The position numbers and the translations under genes were made by a program. Below the pieces are notes generated by a model, which was not told the DNA's origin, did not search any database, and saw nothing but the letters and a program-made list of their open reading frames with translations. This document shows, piece after piece, positions 31,301 to 41,246 of a DNA stretch of 64,000 nucleotides. Source of the DNA: an uncultured Acidimicrobiaceae bacterium (GTDB lineage: Bacteria; Actinomycetota; Acidimicrobiia; Acidimicrobiales; Ilumatobacteraceae); NCBI GenBank assembly GCA_963827775.1, contig CAWHCI010000006.1, forward strand, positions 335,052-399,051, written 5' to 3'. Numbering within the stretch: position 1 is the first letter of the stretch; each line of letters starts with the position of its first letter.

Positions 31301-32050
31301 TCAGGAGAACTTGGTGCGCACCCGTTCGATGCGCTCACCGTCGATCTCGAGATCGACCTTCTCGTTGTAGAAGCACACGAGGCCGGCGATCGCCTCCGAC
31401 TCGGGCAGGGGCGTCCGGTAGCCCCAGGCGAGATCGTCGTGGGTCGTGTCGCCGACGGTCACGCTCCAGTAGTTCGCCCACCCCTTGTACGGGCACGCCG
31501 TCTCGGTGTCGGTCGGCGTGAGCAGATCCATGCGCACGTCGGTCTTCGGGACGTAGTAGCGCGGTGGCAGACCGGTCTCGTACAGGATCGTCGGCCGGAC
31601 CGAGTCGGCCACCACCTCGTCGTCGATCAGCACCCGGACGTGACGCGTCGACGGCAGGGCGTCGACCCGCACCTCGGGGCTGCGCGGGTGCACGAACACT
31701 TCCGTGTTCTCCTCGAACCAGGCATCCATCGCATCCCATTCGAACCGCACGAGACCACGAAGCTCCTCGACGGGTGACTCCAGATGCCGCCAGGCCGCAT
31801 CGGGGATCGTGCGATCACCGACGACGAGGTCGTAGCGGGTGCCGTCGCCTCGGCTCGACGAGCGGACCGCGCCGCCGTTGGCCTGCAGCTCACCGGCGAC
31901 GTCGCCGAGTGGGACGTACCACGCCGGGTAGTACGGAATCTCCCACACGAACCTCGTGCTGGTGCTGTCGACGACCGTGACGCCGTCGACGAGGCCGCGG
32001 ATCCACTTCGGATTCGGCTCGACACGGACACGGGGACGCTCGGTTGCCAT
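31301..32050 (-). CDS. Tandem DUF427 domain protein
   Basis: YYPAWYVP, WDAMDAWFEE...HPRSP, ETGLPPRYY, CPYKG. Confidence 0.9.
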   Translation of the reverse strand: MATERPRVRVEPNPKWIRGLVDGVTVVDSTSTRFVWEIPYYPAWYVPLGDVAGELQANGGAVRSSSRGDGTRYDLVVGDRTIPDAAWRHLESPVEELRGLVRFEWDAMDAWFEENTEVFVHPRSPEVRVDALPSTRHVRVLIDDEVVADSVRPTILYETGLPPRYYVPKTDVRMDLLTPTDTETACPYKGWANYWSVTVGDTTHDDLAWGYRTPLPESEAIAGLVCFYNEKVDLEIDGERIERVRTKFS

Positions 32051-32161
32051 GTCAGATGAAACGTCCGAACCGGGGCCGTGATTCCGCACGAGCCGTCACC
32101 GGAATCCAACGGGGACCGTCAGCACCCGGCACGACGCCCGCGGATGCGCCACGATGGTCGC

Positions 32162-33544
32162 ATGACGCAGAACGACGGCCTGTTGCGGCGGGCCAGCGCG
32201 CTCGCGATCGCCTACGTCGAATCGATCGACGACCGAGCGGTCGCCCCGACACCCGAGGCACTCGCGGCGCTCGCACGATTCGACGAGGAGCTGTCCGACA
32301 GCGGCACCGAGGCCTCGTCGACGCTGGAGCTGCTCGCCGACGCCGGCGGACCGGCCACGATGGCCTCGACCGGCCGTCAGTACTACGGCTTCGTGAACGG
32401 CGCGACGCTTCCGGTCGCGCTCGGCGCCTCGATGCTGGTCAACGCCTGGGACCAGAACGCCGCGCTGCCCGTGATGTCACCGGTGTCGGCTGCGCTCCAC
32501 GACGTCGCTCGGCGCTGGCTCGTCGATGTGCTCGGCCTCCCGGGCGAGACCGACGTGGCGTTCGTGACCGGGGCCACCGTCGCGAACGCGAGCTGCCTCG
32601 CCGCCGCCCGCGATGCACTCCTGGCCGAGGTCGGATGGGACGTCCAGCGCGACGGCCTCTTCGGCGCGCCGCCGATCAACGTGGTGATCGGCGCCCAGGC
32701 GCACAGCACGCTGCGGAAGTCGCTCGGGCTCGTCGGCCTCGGCCGTGAACGAGTCACCGTGGTCCCCGCCGACGACCAGGGCCGGATCCGCGCCGGTGAT
32801 CTCCCCGATGCATCGACCCTCGACGGACCGGTGCTGCTGTGCGCACAGGCCGGTGAGGTCAACACCGGGGCGTTCGACCCCTTCGACGAACTCGCCGACT
32901 GGCGCAGCGAGTTCGAACACGGTTGGCTCCACGTCGACGGCGCGTTCGGACTGTGGGCGCTCGCCGACCCCACCCGCACCGAACTCGTCGCCGGGCTCAC
33001 CCGTGCCGACTCGTGGGCCACCGACGCCCACAAATGGCTGAACGTCACCTACGACTGCGGCATCGCGTTCGTACGGCCCGACGGAGCGCTGCGACGCACG
33101 TTCAGCGCCGTGGCCGTCTACCTGCCGCCGGAGTCGGGGTTCGAGGCGATGCACCACACGCCACAGTCCTCCCAACGGCCCCGCCAGATCGAGGTCTGGG
33201 CCGTGCTGCGCACGCTCGGGCGCCACGGCCTCGCCGACCTGGTGCAGCAGGCGTCCGACTGCGCCGTCGTCATCGCCGAACGGCTGCGCGACGCCGGCTT
33301 CGAGGTGCTCAACGACGTCGTGTTGAACCAGGTGTTGGTCCGGTACCGGGACCCGGCGACCACCGAGCGGTTGATCGAGGCCATCCAGACCGACGGTCGT
33401 GTCTGGTGCGGGCCCACGCAGTGGCGGGGCGGGACTGCCATGCGCATCAGCGTGTCGTCGTGGAAGACGACGATCGCCGACGCCGAGCTCGCTGCCGACG
33501 TGATCATCGACTGTTCCGAGTGGGAACTGTCGTCCGACCGCTGA
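32162..33544 (+). CDS. PLP-dependent decarboxylase (group II, aromatic/acidic amino acid decarboxylase family)
   Basis: YYGFVNG, AGEVNTGAFD, HVDGAFG, TDAHKWLN. Confidence 0.9.
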   Translation: MTQNDGLLRRASALAIAYVESIDDRAVAPTPEALAALARFDEELSDSGTEASSTLELLADAGGPATMASTGRQYYGFVNGATLPVALGASMLVNAWDQNAALPVMSPVSAALHDVARRWLVDVLGLPGETDVAFVTGATVANASCLAAARDALLAEVGWDVQRDGLFGAPPINVVIGAQAHSTLRKSLGLVGLGRERVTVVPADDQGRIRAGDLPDASTLDGPVLLCAQAGEVNTGAFDPFDELADWRSEFEHGWLHVDGAFGLWALADPTRTELVAGLTRADSWATDAHKWLNVTYDCGIAFVRPDGALRRTFSAVAVYLPPESGFEAMHHTPQSSQRPRQIEVWAVLRTLGRHGLADLVQQASDCAVVIAERLRDAGFEVLNDVVLNQVLVRYRDPATTERLIEAIQTDGRVWCGPTQWRGGTAMRISVSSWKTTIADAELAADVIIDCSEWELSSDR

Positions 33545-33550
33545 GCGGGA

Positions 33551-36274
33551 TCAGCTCCCACCGGCGTCGGCCGCGGCGTCCTCGGTCGACGGCACCGTTT
33601 GAGCGTGGGCCCAGTGCTCGACGACCTCACCGTACGCGACGCGGAAGATGTCGGCGTGCGTGTAGTCCTCACCGGCGCGTCGAGCGGTGCACAGCGCAGC
33701 GACGAAGTTGCCCTGACCGACCAGCAGCACGATGTCCCGACGAACGAGTCGTTCGGACTTCTTCGTTCGCGGCTCGCCCGCGACGGGAAGCCGGCCGGCC
33801 GGTGCGACTGCGTGGTCGACACAGTCTTCGGCGACGAACTCGCCGAGTCGGCCGAGGTCGCCACCCTTCATCAAGACCTCCTCGAGCAGACCGCGCACGA
33901 GCTCCTTGTTCTCGTCGGTCCATTCGAGCTCGCTGGTCTCGACGCTCCCGTCGATCGCGCTCTGCCCCGTCTTCGAGGTCACGTAGGGCACGACGACGTC
34001 CCAGTGCTCGACGATCCGGTCGGCCGAGTCGGTCGCGAAGAAGTCGGCCGTCACGACCTCGCGCTCACCGTCGTTCAGGATCTGGAAGACGTGGAGGAAC
34101 ACGTAGCGGCCGTCCTCGATCGAGCGGACGACACGGAGGTAGCGCTTCGGGTAGTGGGCGATGATCGCCTCGCAATACTCGACGAACGCGTCGATGCCGT
34201 CGGGGACACGGGCGCTGTGCTGGGTGAGCCGATCCCCCACGTGCGCCTCGCACGCCTCCCGTGGCTGTCCGTCGCGGAGCGCGCCGAGGTACAACCCGAT
34301 CGCATGGTCGCGCTTGCGACCGGCGCGGCGGCCGGCGTAGAGATCTTCCGTCGTGTCGTCGCTCGGATCATCGACCACTTCGACCTCCTCGGCCTCTTGC
34401 TCGTCGAGGTCTGCCAACTCGGCGATCACATCCGATTCTCCGATGTTCCCGACGCCGGCCGGCGTTTCGCCCGTCGATTCCGTCGTTGTCGTGTCGGCGG
34501 TCTCCATTCGACCGTCGAGTGGGACGGCCTCCGGGGCTTCACCCCGCCGCTTGTCCCGCTTGTCCCGCTTGCGCTTCGTGCCGCTCGCGCGGCGGGCGGC
34601 CCGCACACACTGCGAGATGCTGTGCCAGATGTGCTCGTCGCCCAACTCGTCGAGCAGACCCGACCGCTCGAGCACCTTCGACACCGGATGGATCACACGC
34701 GCCAGGTACAACTGCACGCCAATCTGAGCGAGCTCGGCGTGCAGGTGCAGCAGCATGTCGGCGCTCGTCGTGTCGAGTTGCGATGTCGCCTCGAGATCGA
34801 GCACGAGCGAGTGCGTGTCCGGCCGCTCGCCCACCTCGGCGAGCAAGCCGTCTTCGATCGCGATCGCGTTCACCCAGAACAGCGGAGCGTCGAGTCGGAT
34901 CACCAGGACGCCGGCCACCGCTCGGCGCGTCGTATGGCCCCGCAATCGGCCCCACGCCGCCTTCTCGTCGCTGATGCGGCCGAGGACCTCCATGCGAGGT
35001 GCGCTCGACCGGTAGATGATGGCCAGCAGTGACGTCACGATCGCGATGCCGAGGCCCGGCAGCGGGCCGAACAGCACCACGCCTGCGATCCCCACCGCGG
35101 CGGCGACGAAGTCGGCGTTGCGCACTTCCCGGTAGCGGCGCAGCGCGGGGAGGTCCATCAACCCCCACACGGCGACGACCACGACCGCGCTCAGCACCGC
35201 CTGCGGCAGGTCGGTGAAGACCCAGGTGAACGCCAACAGCACGACCACGACGAGTGCCGCAGCGGCCAGGCCCGACACCTGACTGGTGCTCCCGGACTGC
35301 TCCGCCGACGCCGTCTTCGAGAGGCTCCCCGCCACACCGAGACCACCCGAGAGACCCGCCCCCACGTTGGATGCGCCCATCCCGATCAGCTCTCGCTCGG
35401 TCTCGACCCGGTAGCCACCCCGCGTCGCGAACAGCCGGGTGGCCGCCAGGCCCTCCGCGAGCGCCACCAACGCCAAGGACACACCACCCACGACCACCGC
35501 GCCGAGATCGTCCCGGGGCACGATCGGCAGTTCGAACGGCGGCAGACCCGACGGCACCTCGCCGATCATCTGCACCCCTTCCGCCTCCAGATCGAGCAGT
35601 TTCGAGACGATCACTGCGGCCACGACGGTCACCAGCCCCCAGGGGACGCGAGGCGCGACCTTCCTCCCACCGAACAGCAGCACCAACGCCGACGCGCCGA
35701 CGATCGCAGTCGGACCGTGGAACTCGCCGATGTCGCGAAGCGTTCGCACCAACACACCGAGCAAGTCGCCGCTCGGCTTGGGGATACCGAGCAGGGTGGG
35801 CAACTCGCCGATCACGATCGTCAAGGTGAGTCCGAACACGAACCCGGTGACGATCGGCTTCGACAGGAACTCGGCGACCCAGGCGATGCGCAGCAATCCG
35901 GTCGCGATCAGCACCAGGCCCGCGGCGATCGCCAACGCCGACGTGATCTTGACCGCGTCCTCGGGATTGTCGGCGGCGATGTCGGCCACGAGTGAGCCCG
36001 ACACGATCGCGACGGTCGACGCCGGACCCACGATCAGCTGCGGCGAGGACCCGAGCACGGCGTAGGCGATCAGGGCGAGCGGGACCGCGTACAACCCGAC
36101 CTCGACCGGAACGCCTGCGATCCGGGCGTAGCCGAGCGACTGAGGGATCATCAGTGCGGCGACGATCGACCCGGCGACCACGTCGCCGCGCAGGCGTCTC
36201 CGGTCGTAGGCCGGCAGCCAGCGCACGATCGGGAACGCGGCAGCCATTCGTGTGCGCCACCCAACCGAACTCAT
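33551..36274 (-). CDS. SulP/SLC26 transporter-STAS fused to C-terminal tandem SnoaL-like domains
   Basis: GDVVAG...IPQSLGYARIAG, RELIGMG, GSLSKT, STAS (RLDAPLFW, VLDLE...DTT), acidic linker, then TQH...DG, IEDGRYVFLH, IVEHWD, GQGNFV, DIFRV...EHW in one open frame. Confidence 0.88.
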   Translation of the reverse strand: MSSVGWRTRMAAAFPIVRWLPAYDRRRLRGDVVAGSIVAALMIPQSLGYARIAGVPVEVGLYAVPLALIAYAVLGSSPQLIVGPASTVAIVSGSLVADIAADNPEDAVKITSALAIAAGLVLIATGLLRIAWVAEFLSKPIVTGFVFGLTLTIVIGELPTLLGIPKPSGDLLGVLVRTLRDIGEFHGPTAIVGASALVLLFGGRKVAPRVPWGLVTVVAAVIVSKLLDLEAEGVQMIGEVPSGLPPFELPIVPRDDLGAVVVGGVSLALVALAEGLAATRLFATRGGYRVETERELIGMGASNVGAGLSGGLGVAGSLSKTASAEQSGSTSQVSGLAAAALVVVVLLAFTWVFTDLPQAVLSAVVVVAVWGLMDLPALRRYREVRNADFVAAAVGIAGVVLFGPLPGLGIAIVTSLLAIIYRSSAPRMEVLGRISDEKAAWGRLRGHTTRRAVAGVLVIRLDAPLFWVNAIAIEDGLLAEVGERPDTHSLVLDLEATSQLDTTSADMLLHLHAELAQIGVQLYLARVIHPVSKVLERSGLLDELGDEHIWHSISQCVRAARRASGTKRKRDKRDKRRGEAPEAVPLDGRMETADTTTTESTGETPAGVGNIGESDVIAELADLDEQEAEEVEVVDDPSDDTTEDLYAGRRAGRKRDHAIGLYLGALRDGQPREACEAHVGDRLTQHSARVPDGIDAFVEYCEAIIAHYPKRYLRVVRSIEDGRYVFLHVFQILNDGEREVVTADFFATDSADRIVEHWDVVVPYVTSKTGQSAIDGSVETSELEWTDENKELVRGLLEEVLMKGGDLGRLGEFVAEDCVDHAVAPAGRLPVAGEPRTKKSERLVRRDIVLLVGQGNFVAALCTARRAGEDYTHADIFRVAYGEVVEHWAHAQTVPSTEDAAADAGGS

Positions 36275-36421
36275 CGTCTCGCTCAGCGCCCCCTCACCGG
36301 TACTGCATCGACATGCCGGCGAGCCTAGACAGTTCTCAGGCACGCACGAGCAGCGTCTGCCGCGACCTGCCCGATCGGGTCCACGACGGAACATCCGGAC
36401 CGGCCGACGGGTTGCTCCGTC

Positions 36422-36865
36422 ATGCGATCGGTGCACGTGTCCCGTCAGATGTCCGCCCCTCGTTCCGCCGTGTGGTCGGTGCTGGCGGACTTCCCCAACA
36501 TCGCCACCTGGAATGGTGGCGTGAAAGCCAGCCACGCCACGAGCGAGGAGACACGTGGCGTCGGCGCGCAACGTCACTGCGACCTGGCGCCGGTCGGCAC
36601 GCTCGAGGAGACGATCGCCGAGTGGGTCGACGGCGAGCGCATGGTCGTCAGCATCGACTCGGCGACCAAGCTGCCGATCGAACGCGGCGCCGCCACGTTC
36701 ACGCTCGCCGACGACACCACCACGATCGACTACGAGTTCGAGCCGAAGGGCTTCGTCGGCCGGTTGACCGCGCCGCTGCTCGTGCGCCAGCTGACGAAGG
36801 GGTTCGGCGGATTCCTCGCCGACCTCGACACGGCGGCAGCGGACGCGGCCGCCGCCTCGTCCTGA
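36422..36865 (+). CDS. SRPBCC/polyketide cyclase family protein
   Basis: VWSVLADFPNIATWN, GVGAQRHC, EETIAEW. Confidence 0.85.
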   Translation: MRSVHVSRQMSAPRSAVWSVLADFPNIATWNGGVKASHATSEETRGVGAQRHCDLAPVGTLEETIAEWVDGERMVVSIDSATKLPIERGAATFTLADDTTTIDYEFEPKGFVGRLTAPLLVRQLTKGFGGFLADLDTAAADAAAASS

Positions 36866-36910
36866 CGTCCCACGGAGCCGCCGACGCGGCACTCGTGCGA
36901 TGATCGACGG

Positions 36911-37759
36911 ATGACTGCGGTTCGCATCGAAACCCACGGACGCGTGCGGCGTCTCACGCTGTGCCGTCCCGATCGCTACAACACGATCACACCCGAATTG
37001 CGAGACGAGCTCGGTGCAGCCGTCGACGCCGCCGAGCGCGACCGTGAGGTGAGCGTGGTGCTGCTCGACGCCGAAGGCCCGGCGTTCTGCGCCGGCTACG
37101 ACCTCGACTGGGGCACCGAAGCGCAGGCCGGCGAGGAAGCCGACGACCGGCCGGTCTGGGACTCGGTGCGCGACCAGCACATGATCCGCTCGTTCGCCGA
37201 CACGTGGGCGAAGCTCCACGATTGCTCGAAGCCCACCGTCGCCGCAGTGCAGGGATGGTGCATCGCCGGTGGTACCAACATCGTCTTCAACGCCCACCTC
37301 ATCGTGGCTGCCGACTCGGCGCGCTTCGGCTACCCGCCCTCACGGGTGTGGGGCGTCCCCGAGGCCCCGTGGAACTGGGTCGCCCGGCTCGGGTTGAGCA
37401 ACGCCCGCCGCTACATGCTCACCGGCGACGAGTTCACGGCCGTGCAGGCATACGAGATGGGCGCGGTGCTCGCGGTGGTGCCCGACGACGAGCTGTTCGA
37501 GCACACGATGGACCTGGCGCAGCGGATCGCTCGGGTACCCGTCAACCAACTCGAGATGATCACGTGGTCGCTCAACGCGGTCGCCGACGAGATGTACGAC
37601 CCGCAGTCGTCGCGTCGCCTCGGCACGTTGTTCGACGGCGTGGCCCGCCACACCCAGGAGGGGCTCGACTTCGTGAGCCGGTCCGGCGAGGTCGGCATCC
37701 GTGAGGCGGTTCGCGAGCGGGACCGACCATTCGGCGACTACGGCGAGCGGGCGACGTGA
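36911..37759 (+). CDS. Crotonase/enoyl-CoA hydratase family protein
   Basis: AFCAGYDL, KPTVAAVQGWCIAGG, FGYPP, LTGD. Confidence 0.9.
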   Translation: MTAVRIETHGRVRRLTLCRPDRYNTITPELRDELGAAVDAAERDREVSVVLLDAEGPAFCAGYDLDWGTEAQAGEEADDRPVWDSVRDQHMIRSFADTWAKLHDCSKPTVAAVQGWCIAGGTNIVFNAHLIVAADSARFGYPPSRVWGVPEAPWNWVARLGLSNARRYMLTGDEFTAVQAYEMGAVLAVVPDDELFEHTMDLAQRIARVPVNQLEMITWSLNAVADEMYDPQSSRRLGTLFDGVARHTQEGLDFVSRSGEVGIREAVRERDRPFGDYGERAT

Positions 37760-38562
37760 CCGGTCGCCTCGACGGCAAGGTCTGTGTCGTCGTCGGTGCC
37801 GGCCAACAGCCCGGCCCCACGATCGGGAACGGCCGCGCGACCTCGATGCGGTTCGCACAGGAGGGCGCGCGACTCCTCCTGGTCGACCGCGTCGGCGACG
37901 CCGTCGAACGGACCCGCGACGACGTCACCGCGGCCAACACGACGACCGAGGTCGCCACCCTCGACCGTCGACATCACGGCCGACGATGCCCCCGACACGA
38001 TCATGCGCACGGCCATCGAGACGTACGGGCGGCTCGACGTCCTCCACAACAACGTCGGCATCGGTGCCGGCGACGCTCCCCCACACCGGCTCGCCGACGA
38101 CGTGTTCGACCGGATCATCGACGTCAACCTCCGCGCTCTCTGGCGCATGCTGCCGCGCCGCGATCCCGCAGATGCGCGCAGCAGGGCGCCGGTGTGATCA
38201 CCAACATCTCGTCGATCGCGTCGGTCGCCGCCAACCACATCGCCGCGTACCGCATGTCGAAGGCCGGCGTCGACGCACTCACCCGGAACCTCGCGGTCAC
38301 CAATGCGAAGCACGGCATCCGGGTGAACGCGATCCTGCCCGGCCTGATCGACACACCCCTCGGCGTCGACTCCGCTGCTGCCGCGCTCGGTATCGATCGC
38401 GAGGTGCTCGCCGAGCGGCGGGCCGCAACGGTGCCGATGGGCCACCAGGGAACGGCATGGGACGTGGCCAACGCGGCGCTCTTCCTGGCCTCGGACGAGG
38501 CCGCGTTCATCACCGGCGTGTGCCTGCCCGTCGACGGCGGTCAGTCGGCGCGAGTCGGCTGA
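37756..38562 (+). CDS. SDR-family oxidoreductase (compensating frameshifts)
   Basis: VGAG...GNG, HNNVG (alternate frame), NISS, YRMSK, PGLIDTP, PVDGG. Confidence 0.9.
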   Translation: MTGRLDGKVCVVVGAGQQPGPTIGNGRATSMRFAQEGARLLLVDRVGDAVERTRDDVTAANTTTEVATLDRRHHGRRCPRHDHAHGHRDVRAARRPPQQRRHRCRRRSPTPARRRRVRPDHRRQPPRSLAHAAAPRSRRCAQQGAGVITNISSIASVAANHIAAYRMSKAGVDALTRNLAVTNAKHGIRVNAILPGLIDTPLGVDSAAAALGIDREVLAERRAATVPMGHQGTAWDVANAALFLASDEAAFITGVCLPVDGGQSARVG

Positions 38563-39322
38563 ACGCGCCGGTGTTCGGCCAGCACGGCCTCGAGCAACTC
38601 CGGCGTCGCGGCGACCGCCGGCGCGCGACGCGCCTCGTGGTCGAGCACGCAGAGCTCGCGGCCCAACACTTCCGCTGCCACTCCCCCGGCCTCTTCGACG
38701 ACCAGAATCGACGCCAGGTAGTCCCACACGCCGTGCCCGTCGTCGTACATGTCGCACCAGGCGTCGGTCACGCCGCACGCCACGGCGCAGATGTCGGGCG
38801 CCGAGGCACCCAGCGCCCGGAACTGTGCCCAGCCGTAGTGGTGCGTCGGTAGCCCCGACACGCCGAGGATCGACACGGCGATGTCGGTGGCTCCCGATGG
38901 CTCGATCGCCACGTCGTCACGCATCGCGCCCGTGACCGCGGATCGCGGAGAACCGCTCATCGGTCGCGTGGTTCACCACCAGCGCCGCTGCCGGCCCGTC
39001 GGCGTCGACCAGACAGAGCGCCGATCCGAACCACGGCACGTGACGCGGCGGCGTTCGTCGAGCCGTCGAGCGGATCGACGACCACGATCGGGGCCGACTC
39101 CGAGCCGGCCGGCCCCGTGACGCCGCTCTCCTCCGACAGCACACGCAGCCCGGCTCCATACAGCACGTCGAGGCACGCAGCGTCCGCGTCGAGGTCGACC
39201 GCGTACTGCCCGTCGCGGATGCCCGACACCCCCCAGTCGGAATTGGCGCCGAGCACCGCGGCCACGTCGTCGGCTGCACGGTGGAACGTCTCGAGCGTCG
39301 AGGTCAGCTTGGGATCGATCAC
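38541..39322 (-). CDS. Inositol monophosphatase-family protein (frameshifted)
   Basis: SEESG, VDPLDGSTN, RALGASA, WDYLASILVVEEAGG. Confidence 0.88.
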
Positions 39323-39347
39323 GCCGACCGACGGTAGTGTCCTGGGC

Positions 39348-39920
39348 GTGGCAGTCATCGATGTTGCGGGGTTCGTCGCCGACCTCAAGAGCCAGGCGAT
39401 CGACAACGGGTTCCACGTGCACGACGAACGTCACTTCGTCGAGACCTACTCGCTGCGTCAGCTCTGGGAGGTCGACCTCCACCCCGAGGAGGCGTGCGTC
39501 GGCCCGATCGACCTCCATCTCTCCCTCGACGTCGATCCCCGGGCTCTGCTCGGCTTCGAAGACGAGGTCATGAAGATGGAGGACCTCGACGACGACCCGC
39601 CACCGGGTTTCACGTTCCCCCTGCTGTTCACGTGGACGCTGCCGCCGCTCACCCACCCGCCCGATCTCCTGGTGCTCGCCACCGACGTCGCAGGTGTCGG
39701 TGGCCTCGACCTCCCGGTCGAGGTGTCGGCGATCGACTCGTTCGCCAGCGTGACCGACGCGCCCGAACGCAGCTTGTCGATGGTCGCTCGCATCCCGATC
39801 GACCTGGCCGACGTCTACATGAACAACGACGGGTCCGTCGCGCAGGCCCTCGAACGGTGCAAACATGTGAGTCTGTACCTGCTCGAACGGGCCGACGCCT
39901 GGCTCGGCGACGAATTCTGA
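39348..39920 (+). CDS. Hypothetical protein
   Basis: Strong GC3 coding bias; MAVIDVAGFVADLK...HDERHFVETYSLRQ. Confidence 0.75.
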   Translation: MAVIDVAGFVADLKSQAIDNGFHVHDERHFVETYSLRQLWEVDLHPEEACVGPIDLHLSLDVDPRALLGFEDEVMKMEDLDDDPPPGFTFPLLFTWTLPPLTHPPDLLVLATDVAGVGGLDLPVEVSAIDSFASVTDAPERSLSMVARIPIDLADVYMNNDGSVAQALERCKHVSLYLLERADAWLGDEF

Positions 39921-39951
39921 GAGCACGACACGAGGCACAACGGAGGACGAC

Positions 39952-40215
39952 ATGGAACTCGAAGAGCGTGATGGCCTGACCGTTGCCGAGCTGATCGACA
40001 TGCTCAGCCATCACCCCGGTGACTCCGTGGTCGAGATGTCGATCATCGCACCGATCCGCGAAGGCGACGACGACATCACCGTCGACCGGTACAACGTCGA
40101 CGGTGTGATGCCGTGGCGCGACGAGGACGGCGAGGGCGACGTGGTCTGGCTCGTCGGCGGCGAGGATGCCGACGTCGACGTCTTCATCGACGCCATCGAA
40201 CAACCCACCGACTGA
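39952..40215 (+). CDS. Small acidic hypothetical protein
   Basis: GGAGG RBS, 87-aa ORF with coding bias. Confidence 0.75.
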   Translation: MELEERDGLTVAELIDMLSHHPGDSVVEMSIIAPIREGDDDITVDRYNVDGVMPWRDEDGEGDVVWLVGGEDADVDVFIDAIEQPTD

Positions 40216-40218
40216 TCG

Positions 40219-41242
40219 GTGTTCGATCCCCCCTCGCAACCACCGGCCGGCTGGTACCCCGATCCGCATCGCCCCGGCACCCGTCGCTGGTGGGACGGCC
40301 ACCAGTGGGCCGCGGAGTGGGACGACCGGTACGTCGGTGGCGCACCGTCGGATGGCTCGCTGCCCGAGTTCGGCACGTGGATCGGCGACTCGTTCCGGCT
40401 CGGGCTGGGGCGCTGGCGGGCTTCCGCGCTGATCGGTGCCGTGACACTCGGCACGAGCGTGTTCCTCGTCGGACTGGCATTCCGATATCTCCTCTCCGAC
40501 GTCGTCATCACCGGTGACGACATCCTCGGCTGGGACGCAGGCCGCATACCCGTCGCCGTCACCGTCGCCGTCGTCGGCAGCCTGCTCGGGCTCGTGGGCC
40601 AACTCGCGCTGGTCGTCCTGATGCTCCGAACGGTCGACGGCGAGCGGCCGGCTCCGGCGACGGCCGACGAGTTCGAGCTCGGGGTCGCCGCGCTGATCGG
40701 CGCACTCGAGGTGCTTCCGCGCGCCATCGGCTGGGGACTCGTCGTGGCAGCCGCGGCGGTATTGGTGATCGTCGTCGTCTCCGGCCTGTTCATCGTGGTG
40801 CTGCCCCTGGGCGTCATCGCGGTCGTCGCGCTGATCCCGGCGATGATCTTCGTCGCCGTGCGGCTGGCCTTCGTCACCCACTCGATCGTCGACCGTGCGG
40901 GGCAACCCTTCACCCGCTCGATCGACGTGTCGCGGGGGCGCTTCTGGCCGGTGCTGGGCAGGCTGCTGCTGTTCGGAGTGATCGGGTGGCTGATCTCGGG
41001 AGCGTTCTCGACCGCCAACAGCATCGCGAGCGGCAACTTCGGTCCGGGCTTCGGACAGAACGACTTCGAGTTCGACGACGGCGGCACCTCGGTCAACGTC
41101 GAACTCGCCGACGCCTTCCCGGCCTCACCGCTCTCGATCGTGGTCGGGGTGGTCGTCGCCACCGCCACGGCCGTTCTCGTCAGCGGCGTCGCGGCGGTTG
41201 CCCTGGCGACGCTGTACCGCACGGTCAACCCGCTGCGACTGA
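40219..41242 (+). CDS. DUF2510-domain membrane protein (true stop probably near 41242)
   Basis: PAGWYPDP...RWWDGHQW, several TM, RSIDVSRGRFWPVLG. Confidence 0.8.
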
Positions 41243-41246
41243 TTGC

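Noticed and set aside
33551-34320. Calling the SulP-fused domain an iota carbonic anhydrase
   Set aside because: Same fold class, but it lacks the HHSS motif and carries EHWD-type motifs of a different SnoaL family.
36275-37297. N-terminal 340 aa of the 1248-aa ORF
   Set aside because: Antisense to the SRPBCC and crotonase genes; the SulP protein starts near 36274.
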